Below, in pieces: positions 21,158 to 33,020 of a stretch of DNA of 64,000 bases; the first letter of the stretch is position 1, and each line of letters begins with the position of its first letter. The notes under the pieces were generated by a model. It saw only the letters and a program-made list of their open reading frames with translations, did not search any database and was not told the DNA's origin. A program made the position numbers and the translations under genes. This DNA comes from Candidatus Atelocyanobacterium thalassae (GTDB lineage: Bacteria; Cyanobacteriota; Cyanobacteriia; Cyanobacteriales; Microcystaceae), in assembly GCA_051971635.1 (NCBI GenBank), contig JBFPLN010000005.1:96001-160000 (forward strand). Direction: 5' to 3'.

Positions 21158-22441
21158 GTGTTAGACATTAAAAAAATACGAGAAAATCCAGAAGCAATAC
21201 AAATTTTGCTTAATAGTCGTGAACCTTATCCGAAACATGATCTTAAACCTATCTTAAATTATGATAAACGTCAGAGAGAATTAGAGGTTCTTCGTACTGA
21301 ATTACAAACTAAAAGCAACGAAATTAGTAAACTAATTGGAAGCAAAATTAAAAGTGGGGCAGATCCAACAGCAGAAGAAATTAACAAGCTCAGAGAACAA
21401 GGGAATAGTTTAAAAAAGAAACTTTTTGAATTAGAGCCTGAAGAGAAAAAAATAAAAGAGAAACTTGAAAATTTATTACTACAACTCCCTAACTTACCCA
21501 GTTCCTCTGCACCCATAGGAAAAAATGAAACGGAAAACGTTGAAGTAAAAAGTTGGGGAGAAGAATATTTACCAAAAATAGAAGTATTACCTCATTGGGA
21601 AATTGCTGAAGAACTTGGTATCTTGGAAGTGGAAAAAGCTGTTAAAATAGCACAAAGTCGTTTTGTAGCATTGTTTGGAGCAGGAGCTGCACTGGAAAGA
21701 GCTCTAATAAGTTTTATGCTTGATCAGCATATAGCTTCAGGTTATTTAGAAGTTATGCCCCCTATTTTGGTCAATAGTAATGCCTTAAGAGGAACAGGAC
21801 AACTACCAAAATTTGCTGAAGAAAGTTTTTTTTGCCACGATGATGATTTATGGTTATCACCTACTGCCGAAGTTCCTTTGATGAATCTCTATAGTAATGA
21901 AATTTTAGAAAAAGAAAAATTATCTATTAAGCATTGTGCCTTTACTCCCTGTTTTCGTCGAGAAGCAGGAAGTTATGGTAAAGATACAAGAGGCCTTATT
22001 CGACTTCACCAATTTAATAAAGTTGAACTAGTAAAAATTGTTCATCCTCAAAACTCAGAGGTAGAACATCAACAACTAGTGAAAGATGTGGAAGCTATCT
22101 TACAGGCTTTAAAGCTTCCATATCGGGTTTTAGAATTATGTACCGGAGATTTAGGTTTTGGCGCAGCAAAGTGTTACGACTTAGAAGTATGGCTACCTTC
22201 TTCTAATTCTTATAGAGAAATATCAAGTTGCTCTAACTGCTGGGATTTTCAAGCAAGACGTTCGAATATACGTTTTAGAGAGAAAGGTAAAAAAGGCACT
22301 ACATATGTACATTCTCTAAACGGTTCGGGACTAGCTGTAGGAAGAACTATGGCGGCTATTTTAGAAAATTATCAGCAAGCTGATAAAACAATTAAAATAC
22401 CTGATGTTTTACAGCCGTATCTAAAAAGAGAATTCTTATAG
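21158..22441 (+). CDS. serS: Serine--tRNA ligase
   Basis: [50 protein letters not shown]. Confidence 0.98.
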   Translation: MLDIKKIRENPEAIQILLNSREPYPKHDLKPILNYDKRQRELEVLRTELQTKSNEISKLIGSKIKSGADPTAEEINKLREQGNSLKKKLFELEPEEKKIKEKLENLLLQLPNLPSSSAPIGKNETENVEVKSWGEEYLPKIEVLPHWEIAEELGILEVEKAVKIAQSRFVALFGAGAALERALISFMLDQHIASGYLEVMPPILVNSNALRGTGQLPKFAEESFFCHDDDLWLSPTAEVPLMNLYSNEILEKEKLSIKHCAFTPCFRREAGSYGKDTRGLIRLHQFNKVELVKIVHPQNSEVEHQQLVKDVEAILQALKLPYRVLELCTGDLGFGAAKCYDLEVWLPSSNSYREISSCSNCWDFQARRSNIRFREKGKKGTTYVHSLNGSGLAVGRTMAAILENYQQADKTIKIPDVLQPYLKREFL

Positions 22442-22586
22442 TTGCTGATTAATTCTGCATTGTTTAATTTTTTTTTGAAGCTTAAGTGTTAATTCATTAT
22501 TAATTTTCAAGAAAAAATCATCTTTTAAAGCCATTGTGTGAGCTTCAATATAAATTCTGAACAAGGTACATCTTGATTTGCAGAAG

Positions 22587-23066
22587 TTATGCTACAGAAA
22601 ATTCTTGTAATTTTTTCAAAACGACTTCACCATGGTTTTTAATTTTTACATTAGACCAAATGTAAGCAATATTTTTATTTGAATCAACCAAAAAAGTAGA
22701 GCGAACAATTCCCATGTATTCTTTTCCCATGAATTTTTTCAGTTTCCAAACATCATACATTTTTGCAACTTCATGATTACAGTCGGACAATAATTCCAGA
22801 GATAAATCATGTTTGTTAATAAAGTTAATATGTGATTTCTCAGAATCTGGACTAATACCTAAGACTCGAGCGTCTAAGGCTTTGAACTGAGGCATTAATT
22901 CTGTAAATTCTTTAGCTTCTTTTGTACAGCCAGATGTATTATCTTTAGGATAAAAGTATATAATCAACCACTTTTTAGATATATCTTGTAGATAAACTTC
23001 TTTGCTATCTTGGTTATTGATTTTGAAATTAGGGGCAGGATCTCCAATCTTTAATAGATTATTCAT
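22587..23066 (-). CDS. bcp: Peroxiredoxin BCP/PrxQ
   Basis: YFYPKDNTSGCTKEA, KKFMGKEYMGIVRSTFL. Confidence 0.93.
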   Translation of the reverse strand: MNNLLKIGDPAPNFKINNQDSKEVYLQDISKKWLIIYFYPKDNTSGCTKEAKEFTELMPQFKALDARVLGISPDSEKSHINFINKHDLSLELLSDCNHEVAKMYDVWKLKKFMGKEYMGIVRSTFLVDSNKNIAYIWSNVKIKNHGEVVLKKLQEFSVA

Positions 23067-23378
23067 AGAAAAAGATAAAATAAATACATTTATAAGCTAA
23101 GAAATATAATATGTAAATATACCTTTTTACAAAGATTTTATCAAAAAATATTTTCTACACCCTATTTTATGAATTGTAAGATAAAGATTCTGCAGATGAA
23201 TATTTTGATAATTTATTCTAAATACTACCTTTTTTATAAACGGAAACTGGTCTTAACTTTAATCTTAAAAAAATAATTATCATTAGAATACGAATATTTA
23301 ATTAGAGAAGTTCGAGACTGTTTTTTTTAACAGTTAGTTTAAATAAAAAAGAAATACTTACAAGAACAATATTATATA

Positions 23379-24650
23379 TTAATAAAATTTTTTTCTTTGT
23401 CTATGCTTAGAGACTGACGCCACTAGTCCTAGTGCAATAAAGTTGGTTAGTAAAGCCGATTTTCCATAACTAAGCCAGGGCAAAGGAATACCTGTAATAG
23501 GTGCTAAACCTACTGTCATGCAAATATTAACAATTACCTGAAATGAGGTCATTGATAAGACGCCTATAGCTAATAGAGATCCAAAATTTTCTTCTGCTTG
23601 AGAAGCAACTACAACGTATCTAAAGCATATTAACCAAAATATTATTAGAACTCCTATAGAACCAATAAATCCAAATTCTTCACCTATAACTGAAAAAATA
23701 AAATCCGTATGCTGTTCAGGAACAAAATCTAACTGTGTTTGAGTTCCCTGAAATAATCCTCGTCCCCATAGTTCTCCTGAACCAATTGCAATACGAGATT
23801 GTATTAGTTGATAACCTCCACCTAGAGGGTTTTTTTCGGGTTCTAAAAATAAGGTTAAGCGATCTTTTTGATAATCTTTTAATAGTCCCCAGAAAATATT
23901 GCTTAGTCTACCTACAGAAAAATTGATACCTATAATTCCTATTGTGGAAGCGGAACGGTAAGGTAATGTAAGCCAAGAGGTAATACCCATAATCATTGTC
24001 CAGAAGATCCAAGCAATAAAAGAAATATTGAATAAAATGGCTGAAATAATAGGAGACATTAGTAAAACCAACCAACTAGGATGTATATTTGCCCAATAGA
24101 GCATTCCGAATGTAATTGCTCCAAATACTAATCCTGTCCCTAAATCAGGTTGACACATTATTAAAGCCCAAGGAACAAAAGTTATCCCTAAAACACGTAA
24201 TACTGATATGCTCCTACTAGCATCATTGCGATGCAACAATGCGGCTAAAGTAATTATTAATCCAACCTTAGCAAACTCTGAAGGCTGGATATTAAATCCT
24301 CCAATTTTAATCCAACTTTGAGCTCCATTTGCAGTTACGCCAAGAACAATAACTGCTATTAATGAAATATTTGTTATGAAATAAATTAACCAATGCCATA
24401 TCATTAATTTTTTGTAGTTAAATCTAGCTATAAAAAGCATTATGATAAAGCCAATACTTCCTGATAATAAATGTTGTAAATAATTAATAGAAGTTTCATT
24501 TAATTCAGTACTTTTAATAATCAGTCCGCCTAAACTAGTTAAACTAATTACAAGTATTAATAATAACCAATCAATTTCAAAAAAAAGAGATAGCCATGAA
24601 TCAGAAAAGCGCTTATTTTTTTGAAAGTTGTATTTTTTGGACCTTAACAT
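23379..24650 (-). CDS. rodA: Rod shape-determining SEDS protein
   Basis: GAQSWI, QPSEFAK, QPDLGT, GYQLIQS.IAIGSG, PEQHTDFIF, LPWLSYG. Confidence 0.95.
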   Translation of the reverse strand: MLRSKKYNFQKNKRFSDSWLSLFFEIDWLLLILVISLTSLGGLIIKSTELNETSINYLQHLLSGSIGFIIMLFIARFNYKKLMIWHWLIYFITNISLIAVIVLGVTANGAQSWIKIGGFNIQPSEFAKVGLIITLAALLHRNDASRSISVLRVLGITFVPWALIMCQPDLGTGLVFGAITFGMLYWANIHPSWLVLLMSPIISAILFNISFIAWIFWTMIMGITSWLTLPYRSASTIGIIGINFSVGRLSNIFWGLLKDYQKDRLTLFLEPEKNPLGGGYQLIQSRIAIGSGELWGRGLFQGTQTQLDFVPEQHTDFIFSVIGEEFGFIGSIGVLIIFWLICFRYVVVASQAEENFGSLLAIGVLSMTSFQVIVNICMTVGLAPITGIPLPWLSYGKSALLTNFIALGLVASVSKHRQRKKFY

Positions 24651-24739
24651 AATGATTGTGAAGATTGCTTACATAAACAATATATTTCTCTAAGGCAAAA
24701 ATTTTAAAGCTTATACGAAATAAGATATTGTTACTTAGT

Positions 24740-25801
24740 TTATGCCAAAGCTGCCATCGATGTCTTACCAGCAATTTGTTGAGCAATAAGTCTTAAAGCT
24801 TTAGCTGAAGCTGACTGCGGGTGGGATATCGAAATAGGTACTCCCTTATCTCCCCCTTCTCTTAGAGACATTTCTAGAGGGATAAGGCCTAATAAAGGAA
24901 TCTTTAACTCTTGTGATGCTTTTACTCCTCCACCGGATCCAAATATATCATAGGAATGGTTGGGCAAATCTGGAGGAATAAAGTAACTCATATTTTCGAC
25001 AATACCTAAAATATTAATTTTTAGCTGTTCAAACATTTTAATTCCCCTATATGCATCTACTAAAGAAACATTTTGTGGGGTGGTCACAATGACGGCTCCT
25101 GCCATAGGAACTGACTGTGCTAAAGTCAATTGCACGTCTCCTGTTCCAGGAGGCATGTCAACTATTAAATAGTCAAGTGAGCCCCAGTCAACTTGATATA
25201 AAAATTGGCGAACAATTCCATTTAACATGGGACCTCGCCAAACTACTGGTTGACCAGGATTGATTAAAAACCCCATTGATACCATCTTAATTCCATGGCT
25301 GAAGATAGGTTCTAGAACATCTCCCTCTGGTCTTTTTTGAACTGTAACTTGATAATCCTCTACTCCAAGCATTGTAGGTGTATTAGGTCCATAGATATCA
25401 GCATCAAGCAGCCCAACTTTTGCTCCCATCTGTGCTAAGGAAATAGCAGTATTAACTGCTACAGTACTTTTTCCTACGCCCCCTTTTCCACTAGAAACGG
25501 CAATTATATTTTTCACTCCTGATATAGACTTCTGAGTAGACAAAGCTTTTTGCATAGGAGTTTCTGACGTCACTTCTATTTCGACATCTTGAACTTCTGG
25601 TAATTTTTCTAGTGCTTGTTTACAGTCTTGAATAATTAGTTCTTTTAGAGGACACGCTGGGGTAGTTAATACTAAAGTAAATTTAACTTTATTATCTTTT
25701 ATTGAAACATTACGAATCATATTAAGGGCTATTAAACTCTTTTTTAATTCTGGATCTTGAACAGGCTGTAAAGCATCTAAAACTGATTGATTATCAAGCA
25801 T
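24740..25801 (-). CDS. mrp: Mrp/ApbC (HCF101-like) Fe-S cluster carrier ATPase
   Basis: LTTPACP, SGKGGVGKST, DADIYGP, DMPPGTGD, ENMS. Confidence 0.95.
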   Translation of the reverse strand: MLDNQSVLDALQPVQDPELKKSLIALNMIRNVSIKDNKVKFTLVLTTPACPLKELIIQDCKQALEKLPEVQDVEIEVTSETPMQKALSTQKSISGVKNIIAVSSGKGGVGKSTVAVNTAISLAQMGAKVGLLDADIYGPNTPTMLGVEDYQVTVQKRPEGDVLEPIFSHGIKMVSMGFLINPGQPVVWRGPMLNGIVRQFLYQVDWGSLDYLIVDMPPGTGDVQLTLAQSVPMAGAVIVTTPQNVSLVDAYRGIKMFEQLKINILGIVENMSYFIPPDLPNHSYDIFGSGGGVKASQELKIPLLGLIPLEMSLREGGDKGVPISISHPQSASAKALRLIAQQIAGKTSMAALA

Positions 25802-26318
25802 AATAATTTATTAATTTTTGTAGATTTCAATAAAGGCTTTTTATCGCATTTACTTATTAGATATTAGCTGGTTTTTACTTTATGTGTTATTTTGCGTTTT
25901 ATTGAAATAAAAACCAAATTTAAGAAATGCAAAAGGAATAATAAATATTAATAACAATAGCTGTTATTGATGTTTGTCTACATGGCAACTATGTATGTTG
26001 TCTACACAATGAATATTTACTACATAACTAAATAAGTTTCTACTTTTATTTTTTTGATAACAATATTTACACGATTTATAAGAAATAATAATTATGTTCA
26101 TAAAAAACATATTATTTTAATGACTTTATATTTGAAATAAATAAAATACTTTTATCTTTAATAAGTAACATACTGACTGAATTTTATCTGTCAAGAATAT
26201 TATATTTGCTCATTATTTTATTTTAAACTCAGAACCTAAAAAACTTTTTTGATAACTGACAGAATTTCAATAAGCAAGATATAATTTGTTATGAAGCTAT
26301 TATTAAAAAAACTATCAA

Positions 26319-26624
26319 ATGAATAATTCTGTTCTTGAGGCCTTCTTTTTAGGCCGAGCATTTGCTGAAGTACTCGGTGAAAAAATCGAAGAATCTTTAA
26401 CTAATACACTTAGTGAATTAAGTAAGTTAAGTGTTGAACAAAGAGAAAATTTAGATGATTTTTTTCAAGAAATACAAACACGTGCAAAACAAAATTTAAC
26501 ACAAGATGATTCTAACAATATTACTGTAAATGATTTTTCATCTATAGATCTCCAAGAAACTATTGATGATTTAAGAGCAGAAATTGCTCGTCTTAAGACA
26601 GAACTGAGAAATTATCATAATTGA
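26319..26624 (+). CDS. Conserved cyanobacterial protein preceding ABC1 kinase
   Basis: AFFLGRAFAE...DLQETIDDLRAEIARLKTEL. Confidence 0.8.
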   Translation: MNNSVLEAFFLGRAFAEVLGEKIEESLTNTLSELSKLSVEQRENLDDFFQEIQTRAKQNLTQDDSNNITVNDFSSIDLQETIDDLRAEIARLKTELRNYHN

Positions 26625-26698
26625 AAATGTTAATTTTTTAAATCTTTTCTAGAATTTTCATATATAAAGTTAAGTACAAAATAGTTAAAATAAATCGA

Positions 26699-28429
26699 GT
26701 GCCTGCTCTACCTCAAAAAGTCAGTTCTTTTTCATCTACAAATATTCATTTATCTGTAAAAAGTAAAAAATATCGCTGGAATAGTAATGATTATTCTAGT
26801 ATTCATCGTCGTTTAGATATTTGGTTATTTTTTTTATCTCTTATGTTCAAACTATGGCTTAACAGTAAAAAATTTAGCTATAGAGGAGAACGAACTCAAG
26901 CAAAACTAATTAAACGAAGAAGAGCATTAGCAGTCTGGATACGTGAAAAATTATTAGACTTAGGTCCAACTTTTATTAAAGTTGGACAGCTTTTTTCCAC
27001 TCGTGCAGATCTTTTTCCTCCCGAATGTGTAGAGGAACTATCAAAACTACAAGATGAAGTTCCTGCCTTTAGTTACGATGAAGTGAAAAGAATTATTGAG
27101 AAAGACTTAGGAAAACCTTTGTCTCAAATTTTTTATTCTTTTAATTCTTTCCCTATTGCAGCTGCAAGTCTTGGACAAGTTCATAAAGCTACATTACATT
27201 CTGGAGAGGAAGTTGCTGTTAAAATACAACGTCCTGGTCTTAAAAAATTATTTACTATTGATTTAGCAATTCTGAAGCGAATTACTTACTATTTCCAAAA
27301 TAATCCTAAGTGGAACAGAGGCAAGGATTGGATTAGTATTTATAACGAATGTTATAAAATTCTCTGGTCAGAAACAGATTATCTAAAAGAAGGAAAAAAT
27401 GCAGATACTTTCCGTCGTAATTTTCAAAACAGGAATTGGGTTAAGGTACCGCGAGTCTATTGGCGCTACACTGCTTCTCATATCTTAACATTAGAGTACC
27501 TTCCAGGAATCAAGATCAATAATTATAAAGAGCTAGAAAATTTAGGATTAGATCGTAAAGTATTGGCTAAATTAAATGCAGAGGCTTATTTACATCAAAT
27601 ATTAAATGATGGCTTTTTTCATGCTGATCCTCATCCTGGAAATGTTTCAATTGACAAAAATGGAGCTTTGATATTTTATGATTTTGGAATGATGGGAACT
27701 ATTAATCCTGATGTTAGGAAAAAATTAATGAGTGCCTTTGTTGGTATTACCCAAAAAGACAGTGACAAAATAATATTTTCTTTAGTTGGATTAGATATAT
27801 TAGATTCAAAAAGCGACATTGGTCCAGTTAGGCGTTCCATACAGTTCATGTTAGATAACCTCATGGATAAGCCTATGAAAGAACAGTCTATCGCTGCTAT
27901 TAATGATGATTTATATGAAATTGCTTACAATCAATCTTTAAATTTTCCTGCTACATTTACTTTCGTAATGCGTGCATTTTCTATTTTAGAAGGTGTTGGA
28001 AAAGGTTTGGACCCTGAATTTAATTTTATGGAAGCTGCTAAGCCTTTTGTTTTAGATTTAATAAATTTTCTTACTAAAGATACTAACAATAATTTCCTAA
28101 ATGAATTCTCTAATCAAATAATGGAACTTGGAAGCGTAACTTTAGGGCTACCAAGCTCCATTAACAGTACGCTTAGAAAAATTGATCAGGGTGACATAAA
28201 ATTAAGAGTTCGCTCAGTTGAGTCAAATAGAATTTTACAACGACTCAGCATGATACAAATGGCAACTTTTTGGGGAAGTTTCATTAGCTCACTGTTGATT
28301 TGTACAACTCTTTTATTTATCAATAATTATTTAAATATAGCCTTAGTAGTTATGGTAATCACATTAATTTTACTATGTATTTTAGTTAATCTTTTTTACC
28401 GTATAAATCGTTTAGATAAGCGATTTTAA
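26699..28429 (+). CDS. ABC1/AarF/UbiB family kinase
   Basis: LGPTFIKVGQ, AAASLGQVH, VAVKIQRP, FFHADPHPGN, DFGM. Confidence 0.95.
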   Translation: MPALPQKVSSFSSTNIHLSVKSKKYRWNSNDYSSIHRRLDIWLFFLSLMFKLWLNSKKFSYRGERTQAKLIKRRRALAVWIREKLLDLGPTFIKVGQLFSTRADLFPPECVEELSKLQDEVPAFSYDEVKRIIEKDLGKPLSQIFYSFNSFPIAAASLGQVHKATLHSGEEVAVKIQRPGLKKLFTIDLAILKRITYYFQNNPKWNRGKDWISIYNECYKILWSETDYLKEGKNADTFRRNFQNRNWVKVPRVYWRYTASHILTLEYLPGIKINNYKELENLGLDRKVLAKLNAEAYLHQILNDGFFHADPHPGNVSIDKNGALIFYDFGMMGTINPDVRKKLMSAFVGITQKDSDKIIFSLVGLDILDSKSDIGPVRRSIQFMLDNLMDKPMKEQSIAAINDDLYEIAYNQSLNFPATFTFVMRAFSILEGVGKGLDPEFNFMEAAKPFVLDLINFLTKDTNNNFLNEFSNQIMELGSVTLGLPSSINSTLRKIDQGDIKLRVRSVESNRILQRLSMIQMATFWGSFISSLLICTTLLFINNYLNIALVVMVITLILLCILVNLFYRINRLDKRF

Positions 28430-28648
28430 ATGAAAAATATTAAATTAATATGCGATAGCTTCTTGGTAGCTTATATACTATTTAAGACTATCAACTTTAT
28501 ATAGATTTGAATATAGTAAGTACATTTACTTAGTAAATACTTTTCAGGACTAAATTATATAAAATTCACACCGTAACCTATTACAATAAAATTATTTATT
28601 AAAAATGTATCCTTAGGTTACAATAAGTTGTTTTTCGACTAAAATCAC

Positions 28649-29350
28649 TTGAATCAAACTATGAAAATTAATACTGATGATAAAACTGTTGTTAAAGACT
28701 ATTTCAATGCTATAGGGTTTGACAGATGGCAAAACATTTACGGTAATGGGAAAGTTAATAAAGTTCAAGAAGATATTCGCCTTGGACATCAACGAACTAT
28801 TAATACAGTATTAGATTGGCTAAAGTCCGATAATGATTTATCTGGATTGATGATTTGTGATGCTGGATGCGGTGTAGGGAGTTTAAGTATTCCTCTGGCC
28901 AAAGAAGGAGCGATAGTTAGTGCCAGTGATATCTCAGACAAAATGGTTGTAGAAGCAGAAAAGAGAGCAAAGAATGTATTGGGTAACGTCAACAATATTG
29001 ATTTTTATGTTCAAGATTTAGAAGAATTAAAAGGTAATTTCCATACAATAATTTGTCTTGATGTCTTAATTCACTATCCTACTAATGACGCAGCTAAAAT
29101 GATTAATCATTTAGCTTCATTGACTAATTGCAGAATTATCTTAAGCTTTGCCCCCAAAACTTTTTACTTAACTATTCTCAAGAAAATTGGTGAGCTTTTT
29201 CCTGGTCCTAGTAAGACAACTCGCGCTTATCAACATAGTCAAGATAGCATAATACAAACTTTAAAAGAGAATGGCTTTAAAGTTCATCGTAAAGGAATGA
29301 CAAGTACTAAATTTTATTATTCTCAAATTATTGAAGCAATTAAAGAGTAA
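28649..29350 (+). CDS. chlM: Mg-protoporphyrin IX O-methyltransferase
   Basis: DKTVVKDYFN.IGFDRW..IYG, CDAGCGVGSL, CLDVLIHYP, FPGPSKTTRAY. Confidence 0.96.
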   Translation: MNQTMKINTDDKTVVKDYFNAIGFDRWQNIYGNGKVNKVQEDIRLGHQRTINTVLDWLKSDNDLSGLMICDAGCGVGSLSIPLAKEGAIVSASDISDKMVVEAEKRAKNVLGNVNNIDFYVQDLEELKGNFHTIICLDVLIHYPTNDAAKMINHLASLTNCRIILSFAPKTFYLTILKKIGELFPGPSKTTRAYQHSQDSIIQTLKENGFKVHRKGMTSTKFYYSQIIEAIKE

Positions 29351-29494
29351 ATATCGGATGTAATACGTTGCCTTGTTAAATATTTTGGGAAACATAAACA
29401 TCTAGATACGTAATCTATTTTGAAAAGTCGACTCTAATTTGGAGCACTGAAAAATGATCTCATTCTTTATTAATACAATAAAAATATTAATTAT

Positions 29495-30375
29495 CTATTG
29501 ATATTTTTGTAGTAATGTTTCATTAAGAATAATTGCGTTTTTAATAATTACAAAACATCATAAGTATTGAATCTTTTACCTTTACAGTTAGATTTTTATT
29601 CATAATAACTACATTATACAAAAAATAATATTTTAATAAAACTGTTTTTGCCTATATCTATAGTGATTATTATAAAAACTATTAATAGTTGAAGATTTAT
29701 AACAATCTGATTCTATAATTATTATTTTTTTCAACGTAGATATCTATTCCAGTAGGATTTCTAGTTTTACTAGATTAATAAATAAGATAGCTTTATTAAC
29801 ACTTTCTTACTAAGTAGAGAAACTTCCATTAGTACTGTATACAGTTATTTATTTTTGGTTCAATCATAAAGTAAAAGTTTTAGACTGCATTCGACTTAAT
29901 TCATTTTTTATAAGCTTTTGAGCAAAACAAGTAATCACATCTTGATTATTAATCCTTGTTAAGCCAAGACAATAAGTTCTCTTAGAAATAACAATTAAAG
30001 TCATATCAGTATTAAACTCTTTATGTTATCTAACAAAATCACTATAATCTATAAGGTAAAAATTATCATTAAATATCTATCAATATTCTATTCATTAAAC
30101 AGCCCAAAATATTACTAGATAGTATTTTCTATACCGAGAATTAGCTCAAATTCTCTTTTATTTTCTATGCTGCTAAAATTTTTACTAGTTTACTAACAAG
30201 AGAAACAAAATTGTGTATGCAGGTTGAATAAAAGTTTAATAAAACAGGATTAAAATACAAGTTGTCTATACTTATTTATTAATAAAGTAACAGCTGTTTT
30301 TATTTTTAATTTAATTAAAGAATATAAATAATTATCTTCACTATCTTTTGGTGCAGTTACCAAAACTTGTTTTAT
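29495..30375 (-). pseudogene. glgC: Decayed ADP-glucose pyrophosphorylase (glucose-1-phosphate adenylyltransferase)
   Basis: Collinear broken-frame fragments: IKQVL...LYSLIKLKIKTAVTL..KYR; VKILAA*KIKENLS*F; GIENTI**YFGLFNE*NIDRYL; DNFYLIDYSDFVR*HKEFNTDMTL; LGLTRINNQD..TCFAQK; DIGK; C-terminal VIIKNAIILNETLL. Confidence 0.85.
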
Positions 30376-30669
30376 ACATACTTCATGATTATTTTTTAAG
30401 CAAAATTTAAAGTTGAGGTAAAGAAATGAAAGAGATAATACAAATTATACATTGAAATTATTTTTAAGAAAGAAAGACTATAACGCAAACAATAAAACCA
30501 TCATCATAGGTAATAAAAGGAATGTTCCACGAAAATTAGTAACATTTGGTACTAATTACTATTGTAATCAAAAAAGTATTTCTATTTAAGAAACATAGAA
30601 AATTTTAGGAATAGTTATAATAGATTAAAGACGGTAAATTTATCAGTTATTTGTGATGGTAGTACTTCC

Positions 30670-32664
30670 ATGTATCAATTAAAAGCGCCTTTCAAACCCA
30701 CAGGAGATCAGCCGAGGGCTATTGAAGAGTTAATATTATCTTTGCAAATAGGAAATAAATTTCAGACCTTATTAGGAGCAACTGGAACAGGTAAAACATT
30801 TTCTATTGCCTCAGTAATTGAAAAAATCAAAAAGCCAGTCCTAATCTTAGCTCATAATAAAACTTTGGCAGCTCAACTATGTAATGAATTGAGAAATTTT
30901 TTTCCTAATAATGCTGTAGAGTACTTCATTAGCTACTATGATTACTATCAACCTGAAGCTTATATTCCTCTCAGCGACACTTATATTGAAAAGAGTGCTT
31001 CGATTAATGATGAAATAGATATGTTGAGGCATTCAGCTACTCGTTCATTGTTTGAACGAAAGGATGTAATTATTGTTGCATCTATTAGCTGTATTTATGG
31101 ATTAGGAATGCCTTCCGAGTATCTAAAAGCTTCTATTTCTTTACAAAGAGGGGTAGAGATTAACCAACGTCAACTTCTCAGAGATTTGGTTAATATTCAA
31201 TATTCTAGAAATGATATGGAGTTAAAACGTGGAAATTTTAGAGTCAAAGGAGATATCTTAGAAATTGTTCCTGCTTATGAAGATCGAGTTATTAGAGTTG
31301 ATTTTTTTGGGGATGAAGTCGATAGCATTCGATATCTACATCCTCTTTCAGGAAATATTTTAGAAGATCTTGACAAAATTAACATTTATCCAGCACGTCA
31401 CTTTGTTACACGGAAAGAAAAATTAGATGTTTCCTGTAAAGCCATTTCTGAAGAACTAGAGCAGCAAATTACTTATTTTGAAAAAGCAGGAAAACTTTTA
31501 GAATCACAGCGTATAAGCCAAAGAACGCGATATGACTTAGAGCTATTGCGTGAAGTAGGATATTGTAATGGTGTTGAAAATTATTCTCGCCACTTAGCAG
31601 GAAGAGAACCTGGAGAACCTCCTGAGTGCTTAATTGACTATCTGCCTCAAGATTGGTTATTAATCATAGATGAATCTCATGTGACAATACCACAAATTCG
31701 GGGAATGTATAACGGAGATCAAGCAAGAAAAAAAGTTTTAATAGAGCATGGCTTTCGTCTCCCTAGTGCAGCTGACAATCGCCCTCTTAAATCAGACGAA
31801 TTTTGGAGTAAGATTAAACAGTGTATTTTTGTTTCTGCTACCCCTGGTGAGTGGGAGCTTGAAAAGTCGAAAGGTAAAGTTGTTGAACAGGTAATCCGGC
31901 CAACAGGTATACTTGATCCAGAAATATTTGTAAGGCCCACAAAAAATCAAGTAGATGATCTATTAGGAGAAATTAAAGATAGAGTACAAAAGAAAGAGAG
32001 AACTTTAATTACTACCTTAACAAAACGTATGGCAGAAGATTTAACTGAATATTTTCAAGAAAGAGAGATTAAAGTTCGATATCTGCATTCTGAAATTAAA
32101 TCTATTGAGCGTATTGAAATTCTACAAGACTTAAGAGACGGTAAATTTGATGTCTTAATAGGAGTTAACTTACTAAGAGAAGGATTGGATTTACCAGAAG
32201 TCTCTCTAGTAGCTATATTGGATGCAGATAAAGAAGGTTTCTTAAGAGGTGAAAAATCATTGATACAAATTATCGGTCGTGCAGCTCGACATATTAACGG
32301 CCAAGCCATTTTATATGGAGATAAACTTACAGATAGTATGATTAGAGCTATAGAAAAAACAAAAAGAAGAAGACATATACAATCACTACATAACAGCAGA
32401 AATAATATTACTCCCAAGTCTATAGTTAATCAAAGTGGTAATTCAATTTTAAATTATCTTGATATTTCTCGCAGTTTAGATGCTGAGCAACTTGACAAAA
32501 TTTATGCTCACGTAGAGGAAATATCTTTAGACAAAATACCTGATTTAATTAAACAATTAGAATCTAAAATGGAAGAATCTGCTAATCAATTAAATTTTGA
32601 AATAGCAGCAAAATATAGGGATCAAATAAAACATCTTAGAGATAAGATTTTAGGTGCATTTTAA
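30670..32664 (+). CDS. uvrB: Excinuclease ABC subunit B
   Basis: [44 protein letters not shown]. Confidence 0.98.
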   Translation: MYQLKAPFKPTGDQPRAIEELILSLQIGNKFQTLLGATGTGKTFSIASVIEKIKKPVLILAHNKTLAAQLCNELRNFFPNNAVEYFISYYDYYQPEAYIPLSDTYIEKSASINDEIDMLRHSATRSLFERKDVIIVASISCIYGLGMPSEYLKASISLQRGVEINQRQLLRDLVNIQYSRNDMELKRGNFRVKGDILEIVPAYEDRVIRVDFFGDEVDSIRYLHPLSGNILEDLDKINIYPARHFVTRKEKLDVSCKAISEELEQQITYFEKAGKLLESQRISQRTRYDLELLREVGYCNGVENYSRHLAGREPGEPPECLIDYLPQDWLLIIDESHVTIPQIRGMYNGDQARKKVLIEHGFRLPSAADNRPLKSDEFWSKIKQCIFVSATPGEWELEKSKGKVVEQVIRPTGILDPEIFVRPTKNQVDDLLGEIKDRVQKKERTLITTLTKRMAEDLTEYFQEREIKVRYLHSEIKSIERIEILQDLRDGKFDVLIGVNLLREGLDLPEVSLVAILDADKEGFLRGEKSLIQIIGRAARHINGQAILYGDKLTDSMIRAIEKTKRRRHIQSLHNSRNNITPKSIVNQSGNSILNYLDISRSLDAEQLDKIYAHVEEISLDKIPDLIKQLESKMEESANQLNFEIAAKYRDQIKHLRDKILGAF

Positions 32665-32707
32665 AAGTTATTTTCTTAATATATGTGTATAAAAATATTA
32701 AGATTTA

Positions 32708-32788
32708 TGCGGATGGCGAGATTTGAACTCGCATGGCCTAAGCCACACGCCCCTCAAGCGTGCGTGTCTACCGTTCCACCACATCCGC
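32708..32788 (-). tRNA. trnL: tRNA-Leu(GAG), CCA not encoded
   Basis: Reverse complement GCGGATGTGGTGGAACGGTAGACACGCACGCTTGAGGGGCGTGTGGCTTAGGCCATGCGAGTTCAAATCTCGCCATCCGCA folds as a cloverleaf with long variable arm, TTCAAAT T-loop and anticodon GAG. Confidence 0.96.
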
Positions 32789-33020
32789 AGAATCTATATC
32801 GTAACATAAACTAGATAAAAAACTTACAAAGTGCTATCAGTTATTTGTATATAAATCAAATTCTTGCATAAAAAAGTGAAATTAAAAAATATCACATTAG
32901 AATTAAATTATTTACTTATAATTATCTACTTTGATTATATTCAATAAAATAAGTAGTTAATTAGTTCTCTGTTAAAAGGACTAATATTTAGAAAATTTTA
33001 CGAACCTTTCTTGAAATAGA

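Noticed and set aside
25802..26318. 517-bp AT-rich gap as a pseudogene
   Set aside because: The partial translations I tried gave no recognisable protein; a divergent promoter region is a sufficient explanation.
32708..32788. tRNA as an island or prophage integration site
   Set aside because: No integrase, duplicated tRNA 3' end or foreign block seen nearby.
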